Shown here piece after piece: positions 26,555-38,530 of a stretch of DNA of 64,000 nt. The notes below the pieces were generated by a model, which saw only the letters and a list, made by a program, of their open reading frames with translations, did no database searches and was not told the origin of the DNA. The stretch spans positions 682,001 to 746,000 of the forward strand of contig OZ234494.1 of assembly GCA_965153455.1 (NCBI GenBank), given 5' to 3'. The first letter of the stretch is position 1. The number at the start of each line of letters is the position of its first letter. This stretch comes from Sphagnum compactum. Its lineage: Eukaryota. The position numbers and the translations under genes were made by a program.

Positions 26555-27053
26555 ATTTAGAGTTCAAATAGATGACAAAGTGGCTGCTCAACTAAAGATG
26601 TAAGCAAGTTGTCAACGATCAACTTATCTATAAAAGATGAGGTAATTTTTCATATTGCAGATGTTAATGATCCAATGATGTGTTGGAACAAGTTGAAGAA
26701 TCTCCATGGATCTAGCAACACTGTTAAAAATTTGATGTTCAAAAAACGTTTTCACAACATAAAGATGGAAGAAGGAGCCAACATGGAGGAGTTTCTTCTT
26801 AGAGTGAAGAACATACTGATACAAATTGGAGGTATCAATGACATCATAAACAATCAAGATGTTCTAACAATATTGAATGCATTGCCATTCAATTTTGAAA
26901 GTTTTGTGCAAGGCATTACGTCCTAGGATGAATTGTCGTCCTTTGAGAAACTTTCTAGAAAACTACTACAAGAAGATCACCAAAGGACACTATTAAAGGG
27001 GTAGGATGAGTATATGATTTTGGATGAACAAAACATTTAGGATAGGGACTGAT

Positions 27054-27644
27054 CAGGGATCTTTGTTAGTTTGAATTTTGAATTATTGTTGGTTTTGATC
27101 ATGGTGATGTGACTTGGGACTATTCAAAAGGAGAGAGTTTTGGAAAATAGGGGAATTCTTAAGCACACAGTTTTGGAGAAAGGAGTGAGAGGAGCTATAG
27201 GTACTTGCAATAAAAAACCACACATTTTGTTTTAAGATACCATAGATTTTAAATGTTGTTTTGGGATTTTTTTTCAACAAAACATGAGATTTTATTGTAA
27301 TTTTGAGTCATGTTTATAGTAATACAAAGAAGCACAAACTTCTATAGTGAATTCTATGTTCATATTGTTATGTGAATTGTTTGTGATATTAGAATATGAT
27401 AAAATGAAATGTAATCTTGTTTCTGGAGTATTTTACAATGTATTCTGAACTGCAGATTCTAGTTATATAAGATAACCATGAATTTAGTGTTTTAACAAAT
27501 GGCAGAGTTAAGAATGTTGATAATTACGACAAGAATATTGAATGTATGCATGTGAAATGCAAATATGTTGTTATAGTCATGTGAAATATTTTGCAAGAAT
27601 TAAATTTCACTTCTACCAGACATTTCTAAGAGGATGAAACCCTG
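27054..27644. mobile_element. Probable non-autonomous insertion in copia gag (CAGGG...CCCTG ends)
   Basis: About 590 bp of non-coding DNA separates the gag core from the CCHC knuckle. It is bounded by TCAGGG (27053) and CCCTGA (27645). No clean TSD. Confidence 0.4.
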
Positions 27645-30600
27645 ATATTGAAATTTCAATGGATGTCAATGAACAACATTTAGGAGCAACACAAACTTCC
27701 AAAAGACTTAGCAATTGCCACAACTGTGGAGAACCCCGACATTGGCTCAAGATTGTAAAAACAATTGTGGAGGTGATGGAAAGGACAATACGAAGAATAA
27801 GTTGAAAGACAATAGTAGTAATTCTGCCAATATTTTGGTTGATGACAAGTAGGATAGTCTAAAAGAACAAAAAACCCCAAGTGAAAAGAGTGTAAATTTG
27901 TTTGAAACTATAGTTGTTTCCATGGAGGTAGAAGATTCATGTGAGACACTTGTCTAGTATTTTGATTCAAGAGCAAGCAAACACATTACATGTAATAAGA
28001 AGTGTTTGAAGAAACTTAGTACGTCTATAGGAACGTCCTTTGTCAAGTTAGTTGGTGGGTAGTCTCACATTGTGCATGGAAAATGGAATGTTGATTTAAC
28101 AACACCCCTTGGAGAAATAAAGATGATATTTGATGTTCTTTATATTCCTAGCATGAAAAAAAGTTTGTTATATGTAGGAATGATACTTGATAGAGGTTAC
28201 ACTATACTTTTTGATGCCAAAAGTGTACAGTGGTGAATCCTAGAAAATTAGATTCTATTGTGGCTCATGGAAACAAAGATCCTAAAAATGGTTTGTATAA
28301 ATTAGAAGTTTGTTTGACAAATTTGAATAGAAGTGAAAACAAAGTTGTGAAAGAAGCAAAGTTGTGGCATAAAAGAACGGGGCATGTAAACTTAAAGTCA
28401 TTAAATAAGAAGTGGAGGTAGATTTTAGGGAGCAAGTCAAAATGCTTCGTTTAGATAGAGGAGGGGAATACAATTCAAAAAAAATTGAAAAATATTGCCA
28501 TGATCATGGGATAAAACATCAATTTATCCAAGTGATCAAACACTTTAACAAAATGGTGTTTCAGAGAAGAACAAAACAATCATGGACAAAGCTAAGAACA
28601 TGTTGCTTGAAAGCAATGCACCAAAGTCATTGTGGAGTGAAATAGTAAAAATCGCCAACTACCTTGTGAACAAACTTCCAACTCAAGTGAATTAAAGGAT
28701 GACTCCTCTGCAAGTCTTTAATGGTAGAAAATTAGATCTATGTCGTTTTTGCATCTTTGGTTACGAAGCTCATGTGCATGTACCACGTGAGAATCGAACA
28801 AAATTGGAGGCAAAATCCATAAGATGTGCTTTAGTTGGCTATGATGAACAAACTAAAGCATAAAGGTTGTTCAATCCGAAAATAAAAAAAGGTTCAACTA
28901 AATAAGGATGTGTGGTTCAATGAAGAGAAAATTGGCTTTACCAAGGAAGAAGGAAAGTAAGTAGAAGCAGTTCAAATTGGAATAACTAGAGGACTAACAC
29001 ATCAGGTGGTGAGAAGACATGTCAATTTGAATGAAATCAACAACAAGGATTTTTGGGATGTCCTGCCAAAGGATTTCATTAACAACAACGAAGAATATGG
29101 TTCATTTGAAGAAAATTTAAGAGATGACAAATTTGTTTAGAACATGTTTAATGAGGTAAGAAGAAGTGAACACCCATTAGAGCTACAAGATACTAACCAA
29201 GATCTTAGTGTACCAACATAGAACATAGAGAACCCAATAGTGGAGATTATAAAATCATCAAGAAGAACTATGTTTCCAACATGTTATGATGATTTTGTAG
29301 TTGCATTAGTTGAATCACCTTATAGACCCACTGATTTTTTTGAAGTAGTAGGAAGTCATGCATGGTAAACAAAAATGGAGTCTAAAACATAATCCATTAA
29401 GAAAAACCAAACTTGGGAGTTGGTACAATTGCTAATAGGAAAAATACCAATTACTTTCAAATGGGTTTATAAGATTAAGAATGAAATTAATGGAAAACCA
29501 CAAAAGTGTGAGGCACAACTAGTGGCCAAGGGGTTAACATCAAGACGGAGTTGGTTAGAATGAGACATTTGCACTCGTGCTGAAATGGGGGATGATTCGT
29601 TCCATAATTGTATTAGCTACTCATCACAATTGGACATCTTGCTAATGGACATGTGAATAGCCTTCTTGAATGGTGAGTTACATGAAGAAGTTTTTATGGT
29701 CCAACCAAGAGGCTTTGTTGAACCATGAAAAGAAAGTCTAGTTCGTAAATTCAACAAAGCTCTTTATAGTTTAAAGCAAGCTCATAGAGCTTGGTATTTT
29801 AAGACCGATACATTTTTTAGAAAATAGGACCAAACAAAAGTAATGCAGATTCAAATCTATATTACTTTAACGAAAGAAAGTTGATGGTAATTCTCATACT
29901 ACATGTTGATGATATGTTGATCATAGGAAACCACATTAAAAAAAAATGGTTGAAACAACGGTTTGAAAGTCGGTTTGAAATGTCAGACCTTGGACAACTT
30001 GGAAGATACGTAGGTGTAGATTTTTCATTCTCAGCAACATGCATTTCAATGTCACAAAGAACATGTTAAAAAAAAATTTAGGCTAGATACATGCAACCCA
30101 ACTAAAACCCCAATAGCTAAGGGTACTAAATTTTCAAGTGACATGGGTGAGAATAAAGTAGACTCAACCTTGTATAGACAAATGGCTGGAAAATTCATTT
30201 ATCTAACATATATTAGACATGATATTTTGTTCATTGTAGGAATAGTAAGCTGTTATATGCTTGAACCACAAGTCCCGCATCTAAATGCAATAAAACACAT
30301 ATTTAGATATCTTAGAGGGACCACTACCTATGGCATATTCTATTGGGCTGGAGAAAACAATACACTAGAAGGATTTGCAGATACTGACTGGGTGAGTGAT
30401 CAAGAGTCAAGGCGATCCACTAGTGGCTATTTGTTCAATCTAGGCTTAACACTTGTGTCATGGAACAGAAATTGACAATCTATAGTAGCTATGTCCTTTA
30501 CTAAAGTGGAGTATAGAGCCTTGATGGAAGGAAGTAAGGAGGCTACATGGTTGAGAAGAACCTTGGATTTTTGTAGCCGATGTCGACCCCAATATCTTGT

Positions 30601-30864
30601 GACAATATGAGCAGCATGAAGATTGCAAAGAATCCTATATTCCATGCAAGGACTAAACATATTGAATGTCACTACCACTTTGTTCGTGAGAAAGTGTTAT
30701 CTAAAGAAGTTGAACTTATTCATGTGCCCACATGTGATCAACTAGTAGACATTTTCACCAAACCTTTAGGGAATAGAGCAGCTTAAAAACGTAGAAGAAG
30801 GTCTCACCTCAACAGGCCGTTGCTCTCTGAAGTGTAGTTGTCATTTCCATAACTGGGTCTTCAA

Positions 30865-33800
30865 ATGTGTTCAAGTACAGACCTACCACAAAGGTTTTCT
30901 CCTGCAGCTGATCTTCCAGAGCTTCCTGATAATGATGGCGGTGAGTCAGAATTTGTGGAAGTTTTTCCCACAGTTCGCTATGGTTGGGTCAGTGTTGCCA
31001 TGACCTTTCTCTCAAGCTCTTGTTGTTACTTTCTCCTTCTTTCCTTTCTAATATTTTTTGTTTTTCCTTAGCTTTCCCAAGGATCTTTGAGTTTCTAACA
31101 TGGGTTTGAGATGTTGCATCGCAGTATGATGATGTACTGGGCAAAGGGGCTTTCAAGACTGTGTATCCTATTTGAGCTGTTTTTAGGTTCTTGCTAGTCT
31201 TGAATTGGAATGAAAGTGATGCTTTACCACAATTACATCACAATAACCTTGGCTGGATTGCTTTTGGCTGTTGTGGTTTGTCATGTTATGGTTTGCCCTT
31301 AACTCCTTTGCAGCTACAGGGCATTTGATGAAGTGGATGGAATTGAAGTGGCATGGAATCAAGTGAAAGTTCGAGATGTTTTGAAGAGTCCTAAAGATCT
31401 GGAGCACCTTTATTCAGAAGTTCACTTGTTGAAGACGCTGAAACACAAAAACATCATCAAATTGCACAATTCATGGGTGGACACCAAAACAAAAAATGTG
31501 AACTTCATCACTGAGATATTTACCTCTGGCACTTTGAGGCAGTAAGTACTCATGTTCCTATAAAATTTCTTTGGCTTCAGCTGAGACACTACTCAGGGTC
31601 ATGTGAGGAGTCCTTGTATTTGAGACTCTTGTGAGGAAGGTTTTTGGAGTTCAGGTTCTTCACTAAAACTTGGAATTAGACTGGATGGCGTGAATATTTT
31701 GTAGTTATGAGACCCCTTGCATCTATGGGAACTCTTGCATGTCACACAAGAAAACTCTCATCTGACCCTTTTGCATGACTGGAAGTTGGCTGATTGTTTC
31801 TCCCTAACTGGTTTAAAATGCCACCTACAGTTCCTTTTTGTGTTGAAAGCATTCCACAATGTGTCGTTGCTGTAACTGACTGATGGTAGCAGCCCAAGAA
31901 TTGCATCCCCTCAAGAGTTAGCCAGAGGAGTATGAGGGTACAAGGGAGTAAACACATCAAAATATTTTCTCATGTTTGTACCATTTAAATCAGATTCTGA
32001 ACGGCATTGATCATAAGGGATACAGACCTTGAAATCTTGATGAGAAGGAAAACAAAATACGTGAGGAGGTGATTTATGGGCAAGGTTCTGTCAGGGGAGC
32101 TAAAGGGAAGTCTATTGACCAATGGAGTAATGTGATCCAGTTACTGCAAAAAAACACAAGCATGTGGACATTAAGGTTGCTAAGAATTGGTCACACAAGA
32201 TTTTACATGGACATCTTTACCTGCACCAATCATACACCATGACCTTAAAAGTGACAAAGTTTTTGTGAATGGCGATCAAGGGGACTTGGTGGGTATTCTC
32301 TTTCTCACTTATGTGGAGTTATCCAATGAGCAGCCGTTTTCTGAAGGGTGCAGCACCTAGGATTGTTGTGAGAAGAGCTATCATCTTTTTTAGGGTCTCT
32401 TTTTCTTCTCCATTGTCTCATTTTTGTACATTTATGTTCTCTCTCAGTACTGGAAGATGTGTTGTGGACATGGGGCTGTTTGCTCTCTACCTTCTAAACA
32501 CTAGGAAAATGCAGAGCAGACCCTCTTTCTATGTGCAGAAAGTGTTCAACTTTGCATCCAGTGCCTGCTGTAAGTGATGAGTGTTGGGAGGTTGCCAAAT
32601 AAAAATTTGAAGTTTTGTACAAAAGTTTAGGTGTCATGGTCTTGTGGTTAGCTAGCTATCGGAGTGACCAGTGGCATGTGGATTTCTTGTGGCAAAAAGC
32701 TGGGTCACTCTTGTAGCTTTTTCACCATCTCAGGTCTGTTTAAATTGTACCGCAGGGACACCTGAGTTCATGGCTCCACAGCCTTATGAAGAAGAATGCA
32801 ATGAGTTTGCTGACTTCTTTTATTTTGGAATGTGCCTTTTGGAGATGGTTACCTTTGATTATCCTTATAGTGAGTGCATTGATGCTGCACAGATCTATAA
32901 GGTGACATCAGTAAGAAGCTCTGGTGTGCTGCTTATTCTGTTAGCATTTTTCAACAACTTCAGCTGAGCTATTTTCTTTCTTTGTTTTCATAAGTATTGG
33001 ACATCTCTGTGCATACAGTACTGTGTGTAGTAACGGTGTTGCTTCACAAGGCATATGTTGAAAGTAGGGTGTACATGTGTTTCTTAGACCTCATGCAGGG
33101 AAAGAAGTGAGCTGCTCGAGAAATTGAAGGACCCTGAGCATTTGTTGAGAAGTGTCTGGCTGCTGCATCAGTAAGGCTACCTGCAAGGGAGCTGTTGATG
33201 GACCCATTTCTCCAGTGTGAAGGTGATCATGAAGCAATAGAATGTGGGCCATATTTTCTGATTGCAAAGTGCCCGACAGATGACGTGGGCTTGGTGTGAT
33301 TTTTGAAACTCATAAATGCCAAATTCAGCAGATTTCTACTGTGAACAGAACAGTGTGGGAAAGCATATTGACTATAAAGCAGATGTTGCTGGCACATAAA
33401 AAAAGTCACCTCCATTTTCAGTCATCCAAGAGCCTGAAGCACAGGATGACTTTTAACCCATAAGACACCACTTCAATGCTGACTTTACTCCAGGGAGAAG
33501 AAGTGGGCATGCAGGAGTAGCAAGGATTTTTGAGTGAAGGGTTCAAGAGGAGACAACAACATTTTCTTGAGACTTCACATTGCTGATCATGAGTCTTAAT
33601 CAGAATCTGTAGTGCAGAATGATCAGTTTCAAGGACCCAATTCAGATGTAACAATGGTTTTTCAGGAACATAAGCCCCACCATTGTGTCAGAGCAACATT
33701 GTGGGATTCTTGTTTGGCAGGTCATAGCCACAACATCCAATTCCCTTGCTCTTTTTCCCCCAAGTTCAGCTCTGCTCCAATTGTGGTTGACGGAACTATA

Positions 33801-34300
33801 TGGTGCTTTGAAGAAGCCACATACCATCCTTGATCTGATCTCCTTCAACACAGGCCTGAAGGCTCTTTCGAGTTCTCCAGTGATTCTCCTGAAGGACACA
33901 AGAGACACCAAGAAGATTGGGAACACAATCAATCATAGTCTGGAGCTTCTTTAGCAGACAGTGCCTCACCTACTACTTTCTTGGCTGGCCTAAAGCAAAC
34001 AAATTTTGCTGACAAGGATTGCAATAGCAAGGCAGGATGCTTTGATGAGCTTGGTGAAGTGAGAAGTATGAGTAATGCCCAGTTCACCAGCCAGCCCCAC
34101 AAGGAGGGGCATTTAGGAGATAGAAATAACTTCTATAGAAAACAATTATCTTATTGAAGATGGGAGCCCCTCCAATTGGATGACAAAACTGAAGAAGCTG
34201 TCAGAAATTGTGAATTGGAAGAGACTGGCATTACAACAGCAGGAAGAGCTTAATAATCTCCAGAGGCATGAGCAATCCTTACAATCAGCCAGAAGCCTTC
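30865..34300 (+). pseudogene. WNK: WNK (with-no-lysine) kinase pseudogene
   Basis: Exons 30865-30987, 31125-31162 and 31314-31541 give [42 protein letters not shown]...[10 protein letters not shown], the WNK signature. Later exons (~32141-32288, ~32756-32910, ~33099+) carry frameshifts, HRD>HHD, loss of EVKIG and stop codons. C-terminal IFLRLHIAD and GHSHNIQFP motifs and a coiled-coil remnant (~34180-34300) remain. Confidence 0.88.
31163..31313 (+). other. U12-type (minor spliceosome) GT-AG intron in WNK
   Basis: 5' site GTATCCTATT (U12 consensus RTATCCTTT). Branch-like CCCTTAAC at 31296-31303, about 10 nt before the AG. Splicing restores KTV-YRAFD. Confidence 0.8.
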
Positions 34301-35175
34301 TGTCAGAATATCCAATATCACCACATGTGCCACACCCATTTTTCCAATGCAGGTTGCCATCAGAACAATGCAAGGAACCAGAGTTATCAAAAAGCTTTGC
34401 ACAGTCTCACACAAGGTGGCTGAACTTCACAGCAAGCATTTTCACAAAACTTGAGCCAACTTGTCATTGTGAAAATCTTCAGCAATCTTTTAATTCAAAA
34501 ATTAGTGATTGTTTGCAGAGCGAGGAAGACAAGACTAACAACAGAAGGAAGGATTCCTCACCTGTGCTGCTTATGAATCAGGAGCAAGCAGGAGAAGAAA
34601 AGCTCAGAAGCAGAACAAGTTTAGACACCCAGCCAAACTCTCATAGAAGCTTCTGAACTGGTTGGATATCTGAACTAAGCTTCTAGATCTACCACCTCAA
34701 TTTCATTATATTCAATTGAAAAAATTCAATTGCACAATGAAAGCAGATAAGTTTTGATATTGGAAGCAGACATCCATGAGCTGATAATCAGCTTCAAATC
34801 TCAAAAGATATAAGCTTGACCAAATCCACTATTCCCAAAGTAATAAAACCCATTGCACACAACCAGCATTGGCATTGTAGAATGAAGTGGCCACACAATG
34901 GCAATGCAAAGCAATAAACCTTAACCTCACCTTTACGGCAAATAAACATCAATGTACATTGTAGAAGTGAATAGGAACTCTCAAGATGCTGGTCTGTAAA
35001 ACTATACAAAGCATTTCCTAGATCCTTCAAAACTGATCCAATCTTGAGCCCACTCTAAACAGCTACAGATTCAGTCTGCAAACAGCTTAACAGTGCAGCT
35101 GGAGCTTCTGGGGTTTTGAGGAGATAACTCTCAAGAGACTGTTGGTGTTTGAAAACACCATGAAAAGTTTGGGAC

Positions 35176-35706
35176 TCAAGCACTGGTGAATTTAGTAACT
35201 GCTTTCGTTCCCTCAGAGACAGCATGCTTGGCCAACTCGCCAGGCAATATCAAACGCACGGCAGTCTGAATCTCGCGGGATGTAATAGTTGGCTTCTTGT
35301 TGTAGCGAGCAAGACGAGCCGATTCTTGCGCCAACTTTTCGAATATATCATTGATGAAAGAATTCATGATCCCCATAGCTTTTGAAGAAATTCCAGTGTC
35401 AGGATGAACCTGGACAGAACCATAAAAAAAACCTATGAACAAGAGAACCATCAAAACTTCCCTCTAAGCTACTCACAAACTAAAGCTTCAATCCCCCACA
35501 AAACAGATACAAAAGAAGGGGGGAAAAAAAACACTTACCTGCTTCAACACTTTGTAGATATAAATCTTATAAGTCTCCGTGCTCTTCGCCTTCTTCCTCT
35601 TGCCCCCCTCCTTCACAGGCTTTTTCTCTGCCTTAGTCTTCACGGGCTTCTTCTCAGCCCTGGATTTCCCTCCCTTCTGTTCAGCTTCGACTGCCTTAGG
35701 CGCCAT
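35176..35706 (-). CDS. H2B: Histone H2B, two exons (35706-35539, 35409-35176), 133 aa
   Basis: [13 protein letters not shown]...[40 protein letters not shown]...[34 protein letters not shown] 129-bp GTAAGT...CAG phase-0 intron splits the CDS. Confidence 0.97.
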
Positions 35707-35887
35707 CACAAGAAAACCACAAACTCCACCGAAAGAAACACGAATTAAGCAAAAGTATAGACGATTACTTGAAGCACAAAACACAAACAACAATGATCAA
35801 CCCAACAGCGTTCCTGAAATTGAGTTGCTAAGACCGCACGTAAAACGTCGCAATGAAACAGTGGTACTGAACTCTGAGTCCGCGAGC

Positions 35888-35894
35888 TTTTATA
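35888..35894 (-). promoter_or_regulatory. TATA box of H2B
   Basis: TATAAAA on the minus strand about 180 bp upstream of the ATG, in a GC-rich context. Confidence 0.65.
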
Positions 35895-35940
35895 GCGATG
35901 GCGTTGAAGAAGAGAACCGGGGGCGAAGGGTTTAGGGCTT

Positions 35941-35965
35941 AGAGAGAGAGAGAGAGAGAGAGAGA
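35941..35965. repeat. (GA)n/(CT)n microsatellite in H2B promoter
   Basis: About 12 AG units directly visible. Confidence 0.9.
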
Positions 35966-36045
35966 AGAGACGAGAGAAAAGACAGGGAATAAAACAAAAA
36001 GAAAAATAGTAATTAGTTTCAACCAATGAATGTCAACGAAGTTCA

Positions 36046-36056
36046 TCACGCGGATC
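36046..36056. promoter_or_regulatory. Plant histone octamer, type II composite element TCACGCGGATC
   Basis: Exact match to the plant histone-gene Oct (CGCGGATC) type II element upstream of H2B. CCAAT at 36023 and a variant CACGGATC at ~36165. Confidence 0.8.
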
Positions 36057-38530
36057 ACTATCGGACGGCTCCTATCTGCTCAGATTCTAGATCCAGTGCG
36101 GTGCATGGGATGAAACGGAGAATTTCCGGTTAACAGCCAACGGGGAGGCTTCGCGTCGGGAAGCCACGGATCTAACGAGAATCTGACGGTTGAGAGTCAC
36201 TGTCGGGTGGCCTGTTGAACCTGTGGGGGTAGTTGGAGGCCCGAGTCGGAGGTCCCTCGAGGAGGAGAGGGCGGGGCAAAAAAATGTTCGACCGTACCCG
36301 ATCAAGCTTCGGGTGTAATTTGTTTTTTAAAACAATTCCAGGTGGGTATTATTCAGTTTTGGGTGGGTACCTGCTTTTTGGGGCGGTTAAGAACCGCCGG
36401 ATCCCTCTTTCTACTTCACATAACCAAAAGCATTTACATGTCACCTTTAATATTTGTGGTCATGAATGATTACATAATTCATGAATAATTATGTCATTTT
36501 TTAATGTTATATATGCATAATTTTATATATTTATGTAATACATTCGATTTAAAGTGTACCCAAAATATAGATTTTTTCAATTAGTAGTCCAGTTCACTTT
36601 GTTGCACATATATTTATTTAATTTGAAATTGGAATATTTATTTATAAGCTCTAGTGATTTATGTAATTATGAAGAAATTAACAATTCAATATAGTTATTT
36701 GCCATGGTATTATTAATTTTCTCGCTTGAATTTATATATTTATGATTGTCTTAAATGAAGGTGAATTAATTGCATTTAAATTGAATGACCTAATCATGGA
36801 AAAGTTAACCCAACCATTGCACTACAATCTAAGGCATGGTCTCAAATGTATTATTTTTTGTCAACCTTACTTAATTGTGCAAGTTTTTTTAATATGGTGT
36901 CAAGCTTTTCCTTTCATTATGTAATCAAATTGAGTTTGATTGGGGATGATATAAATAAATACACCAATAGCATGTATTGCATCAATATAGATCCAAAGGT
37001 GATGATACTATATATAAATACACCAATAGCAAATATTATGATTATTACAAAAGACACAAAAATGTACAACGAAATGTATCTATTACTAAAATTTCAAAAT
37101 TATAGATGTCAAATACAATATACAATCTACGTTAAAGTAATGAAAGTTTCAAGATGATCCAACCACATCTAGCTTAATAATATTAACAAAATGTTTGTTT
37201 ATATTCCCCATTAATTCACTTGTCCCACAACAAATTAAAGGGACAATGTTTCATGTTATTTTGCTACTTTTATTAATTTAATGTTAACCATAGTTGAGAG
37301 GAAGTTTACTAAACAAAAGAAATTGTGGATAGAAATTTTCTTGAAAATTGGTTGGATAATTTTGTCACCTTAAAAATTGAATAGGGTGAAACTCAATCGA
37401 GTTTTGTTCATGTGTGATGAACAAGTGACGCCTTTCCATAACCCTCAACAACATCACATACATCAATTCATGTGTAAATGAATTCCTTATGTCAATTATT
37501 ATATATTTTGATGAGATGATCGCCCCTTGAGATTTATGGCTAATCATTATTGCATAGGCAAGGACTAATGGAAATGTTGCTTTGAAAAACTTTCCATGGA
37601 ACAAGTATTTATAAGAGATTATATATGCTTCTTTTTAATTTGATTTGCAATCCAAAATCAATCAACATTATGTCGATGAAGTTTACTTCATTATTGGCAT
37701 GTAAATTGATGGCATATTTTTTTTCCCTTGTACCATTGATTACGCCTTTTTGTGAATTGATGTTTTCAGTGATATCACATGAACATCAATTGCAACTTTT
37801 TTGATTTGGTGGAATAGTCGAATTTGGTTGCATTATTTCAAATGCATTTGAGTCAATACTCACATTATATATTGTGGAGTTTTGGAATAGTTTGTCAACC
37901 ATATGGTTGTTGTAATTATCAACATCTTCTTTCTGTGTACATAACACAATTGCATCGACATTTAAATGGGATAACAAACTATCTAGAAGCATGATAATTT
38001 TTTGACGAAAAAATATCAATTTCTTTTTGAATTGGTTGTTTATTTCTTATGTTGTTTTTAATATTCGAATCACAAGCACACCATACAATGATTGCAAAAA
38101 AAATTTAATGTTGGCTTGAATTTCATATCGATGATTTTTTTGATGTGACATATGTCACACACAACATTATCATCATTGATCTGGTGGTGACAAATCAATA
38201 ATAATTGTGCAAAATCCCCAACGAGTAATAGAGTTTTATATGAAAATGAATCATGATTTTGGACATTGCTTTGTCTTATTCTTGTATAAATGGAATTCAA
38301 CATTATATTGGTTAGTAATTACATTTCATCCAATAATGAATACATTTATTAATTTTAACTTTTGTAATGTATTATTGGGTTCAATCAAAGTGTATAAATA
38401 TCCACATATAGGTATTTTGTATTGTGTGTGGATTATCTTAGTTGCTAGTGAAAGTCTACTTTCCATTGCACCTGTTGCTATTAATATCAAAACCTTTTTT
38501 CTTTGGTTTGTTAAACATCTTGTGAATAAT

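Larger units (their letters stand above)
26135..30786 (+). mobile_element. Decayed Ty1/copia retrotransposon internal region (gag-PR-IN-RT-RH); no LTRs recognised
   Basis: gag (KLFGARNYLAWKFKL; INLSIKD...CWNKLKNLH), CCHC knuckle CHNCGEPRHW (~27715), protease *YFDSRASKHIT (~27955), LWHKRTGH, integrase RLDRGGEY, RT (KNQTWELV, AFLNGELHEEVFMVQP, LHVDDMLI), RNaseH (ADTDW..RRSTSGY, CDN, HARTKHIECHYHFVRE, DIFTKPL). Domain order is the copia order. Many stops and frameshifts. Confidence 0.93.

Noticed and set aside
34180..34656. 158-aa stand-alone ORF
   Set aside because: Most simply the C-terminal coiled-coil remnant of the WNK pseudogene reading on into 3' sequence.
35404..35935. Plus-strand ORFs of 114 and 118 aa
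   Set aside because: Antisense shadows of the H2B gene.
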